DNA of 63,992 nt, filler included, from Reticulomyxa filosa (Eukaryota > Protista > Foraminifera): assembly GCA_000512085.1 (NCBI GenBank). It is 13 parts of 13 records of this genome, joined end to end, with 100 filler letters (N's around TTAATTAATTAA, not from the genome) between each part and the next. Parts side by side here need not be neighbours in the genome. Positions count along the whole stretch, not along the records: positions 34,236 to 39,475 come from ASPP01010056.1; positions 39,576 to 45,152 come from ASPP01016670.1; positions 45,253 to 46,289 come from ASPP01028981.1; positions 46,390 to 47,911 come from ASPP01022322.1; 9 more parts are not named here. The stretch is one strand, 5' to 3'. The number at the start of each line of letters is the position of its first letter. Positions within the stretch are counted from its first letter, which is position 1. Shown here piece after piece: positions 36,648-48,011 of this stretch. Under the pieces are notes generated by a model, which was given only the letters and a program-made list of their open reading frames with translations, had not been told where the DNA came from and did no database searches. The translations under genes were made by a program, and so were the position numbers.

Positions 36648-39436
36648 TCATTGTTCATAAATATATTTGACCGCTGGACGGCCAGGGTTGGTTTTGTCAC
36701 GTAATGCCTGCTCTGTCTTAGAATCTGATTCCTGTGAAAAACAAACCATTTTTTGTTGTTGTAAATTGCTGTGTTTAATTAGTGCAAAAACAAATGACAA
36801 TACCTTTTGGATATGGACTTTCGATATTTGAATATTCAACTCATGGAACAAAAATTCGATGTGACTTTGAGCAAATTCGAACTCATCGAATGGCAGTTTC
36901 AAGTCAAACGTTCGCTCTCTTCTCAGTGGCAATACCTCAGTCAACAAGTAATTGGCAAAGGCCAGTGTTTTTGGTTTGATTTCTTTATCTTGTGATTCAG
37001 CCAAAAATTTCTTCCCGCAAACATACTCACGCCAATTTTCGTTGGTCAGTTCGTTCGTTTTCTGCCCACATTATTGAATGATTGAAGTTGGGATATTAAA
37101 CAAAAACAAAAACAAAAACAAAACACAAAAAAAAAATAACTTCATCATAGATTTCGCGAAGTGCCAAAATAGTTTGCTCTTGGAATGGCTTGTAACCATC
37201 AGCCACACAAACAATGGCACCATTTGCAGCATTTTCCAAATCAGGAGTGAGTGTTTTGGCTTTTTTCTTTTTGCGTTCTCTATCGCCTTCTTGTTTGATG
37301 TACTCCTGTCGGAAGCGATGTGACGTGTCTAAGTATATGTCATCATATGCAATATACTTTATTTTTGCAATATACTTTATTTTTGTAATATCAATTGTTT
37401 CATTTCAATTTTCACACACAAAAGATTTCACGGACAAACCTTGCAAGAATTCGAATTTCTGACTCAACACAAAGTCGACTGGGCCGCTCTTAGGGAAGCT
37501 TGCATTGACAATGTATCCAGGCTATTCACGTTATCATTCCACCCATCCCATTCAAAAAAAAAAAAGTAATGTTAAAAAAAAAATTTGAAGCAAAGACAGC
37601 TGAGATAAGTTTACAATCCTATTTTCAGTTATTTTAAACACATACTTTGTTAAGTTTTTGCCACATGTATTCGCAGAAGTGGGTGCAAATGGGTGAGAGC
37701 AGCAGCAACTGTACTTCAATGTAACGGTTCAATAATTCTCTGTTTATGTTATTTTATATGAATGCGCATTTTCTTAGGTTTTTTTTCTCTCTCTTTCCTT
37801 TTTCGCACGTGAAAATTCAGCAAACAAAGGGGCAGAAATAATCATATGATTATTTAACTTGTGAGGTCCGCCAACAACGTGCGTGACATAGTAATTCTTT
37901 GCGTTTTCCAAAGAAAAGTATCCCGTCGCTGTAGTTATTAACACACATATGAATTGATTGAAACCAACAAATAGGATAAAAATGAGAAAAATGAATCTTC
38001 TTCAGGTTTCCTTCCCCTTCCTCTCCCCTCCCCCCTCCTCCTCCTCTTCCTCTTCCTTTGAGAATTAAAAAACCTAAAGCATGTCTGAATTGCATGTCAG
38101 CATAAGCCTTGTCTGTTTCAATGATAGCAATATTGATAGCGTTGTCAAACATTTTGTCCAAATTGGTGAAACTGCCTTCTCTTTGGGATTTGGTGGTCTC
38201 AATGGCATCGTTCATCCACGTCTCCAATTTGGTAAGTTTCAACACAGCAGCATTGGCCACATCTTTGGAAAAATTGGCATCTTCCAAGCCATCGCCAGCA
38301 TCTGCCAGTGCGAGTCTAGTGGCATCTGCGCCGTACAATTGGATCGTGTCAAATAAAGTCAAGAAATTTCCAGTTTGTTTGGACATTTTTTCTTTGTCAA
38401 TCAAAATGTGTCCGTTGGTGAAAAATGACACAGGCCATTTGTTTGGGTCATTTTTCCAAATTGCCTGTTAGTTAATAATCCATAATACAAACCAACAGAT
38501 ATTTTTTTGATCGCACACATTACGTATGCAAAAAAAAAAAAAAAAAGCATTAATGATAAAACAGAGAAAGATATATGTACATAGATAGATAGATTATGAT
38601 TGAAACATACCGCGTGGTTGTACAAACACATAGTGAGATGATTAGGAATCAAATCTTTGCCAGACACTCTCAAATCCATAGGATACCAGTACTCAAACTC
38701 TTTTCTCATTTTCGTAATAAGATCGGGCGATATCTTACAATGTTTGGGTACATCTTTTGCCAAAAAGATCGCATCCCACACTTCCGGAGTGAACCACTCA
38801 GGTTTCAATGGATTTTTACTTGCACTGCCATCCAATTCTCCATCCAAAAAGTGATGACAAACTAATCACCCAATACAAAGCAAAACACCAGACAATAAAT
38901 ACACTTATAAAAAACTATTCATCATAATCTTTATTACTTTTGTTTTTTATGTTTGTGTTTGACCTGTGTAAAAAGCCATGTAAATGGTACTGTCGGACAA
39001 GCTTTCAATCACAAACTTTGGATCCATAGGCAATTTTGTTCCCAAACCAAATTCACGAGAGCAAGCCCATTCTTTGAGCCAGTTTACTCGGTACACAAAT
39101 TCGGATTGCGTTTTCGGATTGTATGTCTGCAACACTTTTTGAACATGGTTCATGACGAGTGATTGCCACTCTGGTTCTCCATAAGGCAAGTAGTATTGGT
39201 CGGTGGCCGCCACTACACACTCAACGCCTGTGCGGGACATGACGATTCCCTCTGGTTCCCAATACAGCTCTGCCAGTCCACGGCTCACCATATCTTTCTT
39301 GATCAACTCTTTTACGGACTCGATTGGCTTGTTTCGAACTCGTCAGGTCCGACAATCAGCTTGCCAAAATTGAATCCTAATTTATACACCTTGTCTTTAA
39401 TTTCTTCTAATTTTCCAACGTCTTGGGCTGATTTTA
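36648..39436 (-). CDS. LARS1: Cytosolic leucyl-tRNA synthetase (5' truncated)
   Basis: WLKEWACSREFGLGTKLP, FVIESLSDSTIYMAFYT, FEYWYPMDLRVSGKDLIPNHLT, KMSKQTGNFLTL, YGADATRLALADAGDG. Confidence 0.97.
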
Positions 39437-39475
<39 letters not shown>

Positions 39476-39575
39476 NNNNNNNNNNNNNNNNNNNNNNNNN
39501 NNNNNNNNNNNNNNNNNNNTTAATTAATTAANNNNNNNNNNNNNNNNNNNNNNNNNNNNNNNNNNNNNNNNNNNN
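39476..39575. other. Artificial contig linker
   Basis: N44-TTAATTAATTAA-N44. Confidence 0.99.
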
Positions 39576-39778
39576 TTTTTCTTGTCACTGACACTCCATG
39601 TGCAAGGAAGAGAAAGAGATAGAGAGAGAGAGGAAAAATTTAAAAATGGAGTCATTCCTTATTTTTTTTTATTTATTGATTATTATTATTATTATTATTG
39701 TATTATACATGTACATATATATATATGTATATATATATATATATGTACTCTTGCTTTTGTTGAAAATAAAAAATAGAA

Positions 39779-40917
39779 AGCGCGGCAGATCATCGCCGTG
39801 GCTTTTACACGAGTTTAGTGCAACTGTTTGGCGGAATTGGTAGTGTGCTGGGAAGTTTAGTGGTGTCGATAACAATGAATAGTATGACGGACAATTCGAT
39901 GGATAGCTATGGATGGAGAATCCCTTTCCTCGTGTCCATCATCATTGGCGTCGTTGGGTGGCTCGCCTCCAAAGATTTGCCACACACGCATGAATATAGT
40001 ATCGCTTTATCCCGCAATCAGTTGTATGAAAACCCATTGATTTACGTGTGGAAGCATCGCAGAAGAGATGTCATTGGCATTTCTTTGATCATTGCTACTT
40101 CAGGTTTTTGCCTCCAACTTCTAAAAAAATATAATATTTACATATATATATATATATGTATATATATATTTTTTTCTTTGCCATCACTACTTACCAAGTT
40201 GATGTTGAATTGCTCATAGCATGTGGGTTCTATGTGGTCTTCATTTGGCTACCCAACTACGCACTGCGCGCAGATCCTCCGTTCAAACAAGCACTCATAG
40301 CAAACAGTGTACTACTATCCTTTGCGGGATGCGCTCTTCTGGCGGGTGGTGCATTGTCGGATAGATTCGGGTGGAGGGAGTTACTCCGATATCCTGGCAT
40401 TTTGCAGGTCATCCTATGCTTACCCGCGTTTTGGTTGTTTGGGGAATATCCCGGAGAATGGTGGCCGATGGCTCTTATCCAAGTGTTTTTTGGAGTCACC
40501 TTGTCGTTGCAAGCTTCTGCCTTGCAAATGTTTTTGGGAGGGGCTGTTGAAAATGTCGGCATTCGATTTTCTGTTGGCGGAATTGGATATAATTTGGGAC
40601 TGGTTAATATATATATGTATATATATATATTTATATATTTATTTTTTTTTTTTTTATATGTATAAGTCTTTCACAAAATTATCCTGTTTTCCTTTGTTCC
40701 AATGCAGGCTTTTTTTGGAGGCACTGCGCCTTTAATTAGCGAAGGTTTAGCACACAATGGTACAATTCTCGTTGGACTGTACTTGCTTTTGTGTACATCC
40801 CTTTCGCTCGTGGTTGCTGCGGTATGGAAAACTCCTGGCGCTGCTGAATCAAACGAGTATACTTCTATGGATGAAAAAACTGAAAGTGAAATACATATTG
40901 GTGATTCTCGGCTGTAA
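39779..40917 (+). CDS. MFS transporter, ProP/metabolite:H+ symporter-like (5' truncated, intron-containing)
   Basis: RRGFYTSLVQLFGGIGSVLG, MDSYGWRIPFL, FYVVFIWLPNY, GGALSDRFGWR, IRFSVGGIGYNLG|AFFGGTAPLI. Confidence 0.85.
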
Positions 40918-41371
40918 CACATACCGCTGAGAGTCAATGTTTTTTTTTGGATAATTAATATCCTCTTGGATGGCCCATCATTTTATTCAGTCCTATTTTT
41001 TAACTTGCATGTTAAACCTTATTTTTTGTTCTTTATGCTCCGAGCAGAATATACAAAAAAAAAAACACGCATTTTTTAATAAGTTACAATTGTGGAACTC
41101 ATTTTTTTATCTAAAAAAAGCATTTTATCTTAAAACACTTTAACTTTTGTTTCATTGCCGATAGCTTAAATGATCATTACATCTATCGCCCGGGATTTTC
41201 TCTCAAAATTAGTTTCACACACAGTGTGCTAGAATTGTGTGTTCCATTATTTATTATTCAGTAACTAATTTCACGAACAAATTGCGTTCAAAAGGTGTGA
41301 AGGGGGCCGAAATATATTTAAAGCTATGAGTTTTTTTTATTTTGAATAAATTGGACATTGAAAAAAAAAAA

Positions 41372-42151
41372 ATGGGAAATCTTAGCATTGGAAATGTTCC
41401 CAATTTTCTTTGGGCCAATCCAACAGCATCAATAAACCCAAGTGCTCCTCCGTTTTCCTCCCCTTTCCTAACTGCAGCAGCAGAGTCAGAGATGATTCCC
41501 AGTCAGTTATTTTATTACAAATACGGTATGGAAAGAGATCGTTATATGGTAATGATACTAAAATACTGGTCGAATCAAGAGTGTCAGCTGTACCTACCAA
41601 GGGACTTGATCCAACTGATATTGAAAGAATTTCTGGAACCCAAATGGACTCCAAAAGCAATTGAAGTGGGATTGAAGTTCAAAAACATTACCTCCATCTA
41701 TCAGCTCTACAACACCCGTTTATTCGAAAAATGTTTCGATGTAATGGATACCAAGCGAAGAGGATACATCGACGTCAATCGCAAAGGCAATAAATTGTTT
41801 TTACTATTAATATGTTTTAATATTGCATACATCAATGCCACAAACAATAAACAAATAACGACTCACGAAAAACCGGACAAGCGTGACTTGCATGCTTTGT
41901 TATGCTATTGCACCGATGTGTTGAAAGTCTTTCTTGCCGAAAAGTATGCTCGGCGACAACAACACAAACTTAAGCTCGCATCTACTCGCACGGGGACCCC
42001 GACGGATGACACTGATCTGGCCCGTAAACTGCGAGAACGTCGACAACAAACTAAAAAGTTTCTTTTCAAAAAAGCTGATTTTTTGAGAGATTTTTCTTTT
42101 TATCTGCAAGAAATTACCACGTCTATTCGTTTCAAGCTCTTACAAGGATAG
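41372..42151 (+). CDS. Hypothetical protein with F-box/SOCS-like helical motif and degenerate EF-hand
   Basis: Single ORF with ILKYWSNQECQLYLPRDLIQLILKEF and FEKCFDVMDTKRRGYIDVN. Confidence 0.55.
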   Translation: MGNLSIGNVPNFLWANPTASINPSAPPFSSPFLTAAAESEMIPSQLFYYKYGMERDRYMVMILKYWSNQECQLYLPRDLIQLILKEFLEPKWTPKAIEVGLKFKNITSIYQLYNTRLFEKCFDVMDTKRRGYIDVNRKGNKLFLLLICFNIAYINATNNKQITTHEKPDKRDLHALLCYCTDVLKVFLAEKYARRQQHKLKLASTRTGTPTDDTDLARKLRERRQQTKKFLFKKADFLRDFSFYLQEITTSIRFKLLQG

Positions 42152-42457
42152 TTTTTTAAATAAAGAAAAAATTCCTCTTTCTCATGCATGTACATGCATC
42201 TTTTTTTTGTGATTTTTGTTGTTTTTTAATAAATGTTCATTCTTGTCACTGAATTGTTTCAAATGTGCTTTCCCCCACAATGCAGACAAACAATTAAACA
42301 AATATCTCATTCTCTTAATATATATTTTTATGTGTAAACGTTGTTTGTGCACTTTCCCGTCTACTTCGAGCTTCATTGATGCTTTTGTAATCGCAAAAAT
42401 AGTGGGAGTAAAAAAATTCAGTCAACATAATAGTGATTCTGATATCACTGATAAGCA

Positions 42458-44589
42458 ATGCAAGAAGAAAAGACTTCAGGCCAAGAAAACACCACGACGA
42501 TTCCGATTTCGTCTAGCCAGTCGTGCTACAATAAGAGCTGGATTTTGCAAACAAACCAGCCGGAAGAAATCAACGATTATATTTGTTTAATTTGCAGACA
42601 AATTGCTAATAATGCTTTGGAATTAAACTGCTCCCAGCATGGTGACATGGACGAACTATTAATTGTCGGAGACAATTGTTTGAAGCAATTTCTGAAAGAC
42701 AATCAAAATTCTTGTCCAATCGCACCTCATAATAACTGCAAGTATTCCAAAAGCAAGCCATTGCAAAGATTCATTGGAGATTTGACAGTAATGTGTAAGG
42801 CAATTCGAACAGGAGTCAAAAACGCCGAGCGAAAGTGAAAAGGAAGGAGAAACACCAGGAATGATTAAATGTGATTTTAAAGGAAAATTAAAAGAGCTAA
42901 ATAGTCATCTGGATCAATCATGTCCTTTGAAATTACTCGATTGTCGGTTCAAACTATTTGGATGCAATCATACATGCTATCCACATAATTTGAATGATCA
43001 CTTGATCGCAGAGATGGAATTACACATTGGCCTGGCCACTCAATTAGTCGATTCAATGAAACAAACGATTCAACATCACCAAGTTTAACTTCTTTAATTT
43101 ATTTGTTCAATTTTGTCTTACCTTTACTCTAATTGTACATACAAATACATATATATTTATTGATTTATAAAGAATGAGGAAAGTTTGTTGAGATTAGAAA
43201 TTAGTGAATTGAAAGCGCAAATTAAACTGAATGATCAAAATGTAAGTACCATGGAAATGGAAAAATTGAAGAACGACTTGCAAAATAAGATGGAAGATGA
43301 ATTGTTAAATCGCTATACATTGAATGCCATGAGTCTTGAAGCTTTGAATTGGCAATTGTCTGACTGTAACAAATTAATTATACATTTGAAAGAGAAAAAT
43401 TTGAAATTAACTCAAGATTCTGAAAGATTACTTCATCTCACAAATGGAAATGACAAAAAAGATTATATAGAAAAAAGTCTGAATTCTACATTGTTATCTT
43501 TAAGATCTACATGTCCTTTTGATATATTCGTTCATCATCTAAATTAATCAAGACATTCAATGGACATAGCAATGCTTTGTTCAATATTGATCATTCAACA
43601 TTTGATAGTAATCAACTCCTTTGTTCTGGCTCACAGGACAAAACAATTCGTGTCTGGGAGGTGGAGACTGCCAAACAGCTCCATATATTAGATTGACATT
43701 CAAGCATTGTGTATTGTGTGAAATTTTCACCTTATCATTGCAATCGCAATGTAATGACTCAAAGTCGTCGAGTCATTTGTTGTTCATCACATGACAAAAC
43801 CATTCGCTTTTGGGATTTGGAAACTGCCAAAGAACTTCAAATGTTTAATGAGCACGTTGATTGGTTGGCGGCATTTAATTTTCACCATTTAGTGGTGAAG
43901 GTATTTATGTTCTGCATCTGGTGATAAAACTGTTCGTTTGTGGGATGTCAAGACATCGAAGATATTACACACTATTAAAGGACATAAAACTGGTGTTTGG
44001 TGCATTGAATGATCTACATTATACAACAAACAATAACAACATGAGCAGCAATAGTGTTGTCGTAATTGGCAGTAGTGGATATACTATTTGTTCTGGATCA
44101 AGTGATTGCACTATTCGCACATGTGATGTCGATACTATCAAACAATTGCTTGTTTTTGAAAGACATGAAAACTTTGTAAGAAATGTAAAGTATGCAAGAA
44201 ATGATTTGGGAATTAGTTGTGGGCATACTATATTGTCTGGATCAGTTGATAATACTATTCGCTTGTGTGATGTTCGATCCAAAAAACAGATTCAAATATT
44301 TAAAGGACATACTGGTCAGATATGGACTGTTGATTTCTCACCATTTGTAAATAGTAGCAATAAAAGTGATTGTGCAAATGTAATATGCTCTGGATCATTT
44401 GATAATTCGATTCGCTTTTGGGATATTCGTACTAATAAACAATTGCATATGATCAAAGGAAATGACAAAGATTTTGCAATATATTGTCTTCAATTCTCAC
44501 CATTTAGAAATAAAGAGACTAATAATATAGATTATTGCTTCGATCTATGTTATGGTTCAAAGACAGTAATCATCAGTGTTTGGGAATAA
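42458..44589 (+). pseudogene. TRAF7-like RING/Zn-finger/coiled-coil/WD40 pseudogene
   Basis: CYNKSWI..ICLICRQIANNALELNC..CPIAPH; CDFKGK..HLDQSCPLKLLDCRFKLFGCNH; coiled coil; WD40 repeats ending SVWE. Several frameshifts (about 42800, 43530, 43690, 43860-43920, 44010). Confidence 0.85.
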
Positions 44590-45152
44590 ATTAGTTAAAT
44601 AATTTTTTTTAGTTTGTTTTTAATGGTTACAGTTGCGAATTTTCGTTCGTTTTTTTACTTTCATTGTCTTTACTATACAACAAAGATTTTCAATTTGATT
44701 TAAATCAGGTGAATTTGGAGGAAAATTCATTGTTTTTTTGTTTTAACTATTTCACAATTTTTTCGAGTTATTGCATATTGCTGGAAAATCCAATAATATT
44801 TATTTTCTAAGCAGAAATTGACTATCTTTAGCATTTCGTCAGATAAAATTTATATCAGTATTTACTCCACATTGAACATTGCACATTGCAAACGTAATCT
44901 GTTACAATGCTCCAAAACATATACAGACTAAAATGCTTCCACTACCAAATTTTGCTATTTTTGATATGAAATTTTCATCTAATGGTTGTCAATCAATATT
45001 TCAGAAAAAATAATCAAAATGATAATAATCAATATCGAACACCTAAAAAAAAATATCAAAAATGTTTAAAAAAAGATTGTCAAATTTCATGACTACGAGA
45101 AAAACACTATTGTCAACTTTTTAAAAGAAATTTTACCAAATCAAATGAAAGA

Positions 45153-45252
45153 NNNNNNNNNNNNNNNNNNNNNNNNNNNNNNNNNNNNNNNNNNNNTTAA
45201 TTAATTAANNNNNNNNNNNNNNNNNNNNNNNNNNNNNNNNNNNNNNNNNNNN
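45153..45252. other. Artificial contig linker
   Basis: N44-TTAATTAATTAA-N44. Confidence 0.99.
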
Positions 45253-45810
45253 TTTTTCTTTTTCTTTTTCTTTTTTTCCCAACAAAAGTGTTGTTCCAAA
45301 AATATTTGTTTATTTGTCTCGTCTCTTTTCATTGCTTTGGTTCGTTTGCCTTTTTGCTCTTGCTTCGGCATCTGTGCTTGCACTGACTCATTGCACTCTT
45401 TTATTTCTCGCTTGTTTTGTTTCTTTATATCCACTCCTTGCTTTGATTGGTTGTTTTCTGTCCAGTCCGATCCATTATACGTATTGCAGTTGTAATTTGT
45501 TGTTATTCTATCACTCTCTTCTTCTTCTTGCTCTTGTTCCTTGTTCTTGTTCTTGTTCTTCCTCTTCCATCCTTTCTTCGTCCTCCATTCCCATCCTTTC
45601 TCCATCTTCGTTCCAATAAAGTTGGCTGTCGTCGTACATCATGTCCAATGGATATGCCATACCCAACTCTGTCCGACAACTCTCCTCGGTTGTTCCGTTA
45701 CTTGGCACAAACACTGCCGCTTCCGGATTCAGCCTGCTTTCTAGCGCAGAGGCTTCTTCTTCTTCTTCGTCTTCATCCACAAAATTCCAATCTATGGGTA
45801 ACTGTGTCAT
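45253..45810 (-). CDS. Acidic low-complexity protein with PAM2 (PABP-interacting) motif, truncated
   Basis: SRLNPEAAVFVP at about 45703-45738 fits SxLNxxAxxFxP; frame switch in the EQ repeat near 45540. Confidence 0.65.
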
Positions 45811-46289
45811 CTCTGTTTTTAGGATTTTTTAGTTTCAATTAGCATGCTGCAAACAAAAATAATCGTATGTATATCCTTTTTGTGAGGTTCACTTGACAAC
45901 ACATCTAAAAAAAAATGTAAAATCTTCTTCAGAACATAATACAATTGTATCACCATTTTGAATAATATTCATACACGTCACTTGACGATGTTCATCAAAC
46001 TTTTGTACTTTCGTGTTTAATGTTACGTCTTGTAGTGGGATTCCGAGTATACTGAGCTCTGCTCGTTCAAAAAAGAGCGTGGTATCTCCAGAAGATTTTG
46101 GTCATTACTTAGCAGTATTGCTCCCCTCTCACAAAACATTTGGCAATGACTCTTTCTGATAAGTTATATTGTAACGAATAACATAATAACTCAAGAGATC
46201 AATAAAAGAAAATCTGTTTATTTTTATAACTCTGTATGATTGAGTTTTTAATTTTATGAGCGAAAGGAAGTTATATTCAAATTCATGTT

Positions 46290-46389
46290 NNNNNNNNNNN
46301 NNNNNNNNNNNNNNNNNNNNNNNNNNNNNNNNNTTAATTAATTAANNNNNNNNNNNNNNNNNNNNNNNNNNNNNNNNNNNNNNNNNNNN
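46290..46389. other. Artificial contig linker
   Basis: N44-TTAATTAATTAA-N44. Confidence 0.99.
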
Positions 46390-47911
46390 TGAAAGATCTA
46401 AAATTCTAAACAGTTGAACAAGATCTTTCTAATGAAAACTAGTCTCGCGTTATTGCTTCTTACCAAAAGGACGATTTGGAGATGAAACAAAGAAAGCCGA
46501 AATACAATACGGTGCAAAAAGTAACACAAATTCACAGGCAACAAAAAGAAGATAACATTCCTATTGTTTATATCTTATTTGGCTAGTGAATTTTGATAAT
46601 GAAAAACGATTGAAAAGAGTTGTACTAAATGATTTGGAAAATATTCCAGTGGAGATGTTAATGTTGTATCACCCTTGCTATGTTGGCCATTGGACAAGAG
46701 TAGCACATTCCTTTGCTACATCTACGAGTTTAAGTCCTGGTGCACTATTGCATATTTAATGGCCGTTTTCGTAAATAATTAACATGTTGGTGCAGGCAAC
46801 GCCTACAAAAATGATAACTAAAAAAGCCTGAACAAATGATCATTTTTTTGTCCTTATTTTCTTTTTAATATGAGCACTAATAAACTTTTTACAATGCGTG
46901 TGCAAATTATCTCGTAGTTAGTGTTTTCTTTCTGTTATAAATGAAATTGTTTAGGTGAATTTTGGTGTTGAAAATTATCGATTTGGTGTATAATAAATTT
47001 CTTTAACAAAAAAATTTTAAGAAAGCATCGAATCAAATTGAGTACTTGAGCGTCCGCAGATAATGTTAAAAAAAATTGAAAACTGTGTATTTCTTATTTA
47101 GAAGCTAAATTTTAATAGTTAGTAATGAAAAGAGATTGTATAATTAGGTATCAATTGCACGCAAAATGCAATCATACCTAACAGTACCAAACACGATCGA
47201 CACGTCAGAATATTATACCTTTGTGGAAGGCCATGAAGTGTCGAATGTACAAAGAAATGAACATAGCTGACCCTGCAGAAGCACAAGCGTGAAGTTTTGG
47301 AAACAAGACAAAAACACAACAGCACACATGCATGCACATACAGTTATTTTAACTCTAAACCAAATTTTTTTTACAAAAGTTCAACATGCCAACAGACTGT
47401 GAATAAAAATGCCTCGTTGATTCAAACGAGTATCTTTATTCTCCAACTTACAGTTTGTGACTGTGAAAGCAATCAACTTGAGATGCTGTTCAAATGAACG
47501 GTCTCATGTACTGACAGTCTATTTCTACAATGTTATGAAAGGAATATTCTTGTTTTAAATAAATACTGTGCATATTTTTCATTTGGTCAATTGTTGTAGA
47601 ATCAAACAAATCAGATAATCATCAACAAGTATGTTACATTTTATGAATATTCTATTTATGGCTGGAGTATTATATAACAATATTGAAAATAGAAAGTAAA
47701 TTACTCAATGAGTTTTGATTACACTTTAGTGCAATTATTCTTTTTTTCCTAATATACACAATTTATTGGACATCAAACATTATCTTGGACTTTTAAAGTT
47801 TTGAATATTTTGTCGCAAAGCATGATCAGGAAAAAGCTCAATTTCCATCTGTCATTAAAGAAGAATTATTTGATATTGATTCATAATTGATGATCGATCA
47901 TATGTTATTCC

Positions 47912-48011
47912 NNNNNNNNNNNNNNNNNNNNNNNNNNNNNNNNNNNNNNNNNNNNTTAATTAATTAANNNNNNNNNNNNNNNNNNNNNNNNNNNNNNNNN
48001 NNNNNNNNNNN
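47912..48011. other. Artificial contig linker
   Basis: N44-TTAATTAATTAA-N44. Confidence 0.99.

Noticed and set aside
37348-37390. 18-bp tandem duplication GCAATATACTTTATTTTT in a LeuRS intron
   Set aside because: Simple slippage duplication in an AT-rich intron; no spacers or flanking element.
46560-46830. Slightly GC-richer minus-strand segment with a hydrophobic start (AFLVIIFVGVAC)
   Set aside because: Stops in every frame and no recognisable family; at most an unidentifiable pseudogene fragment.
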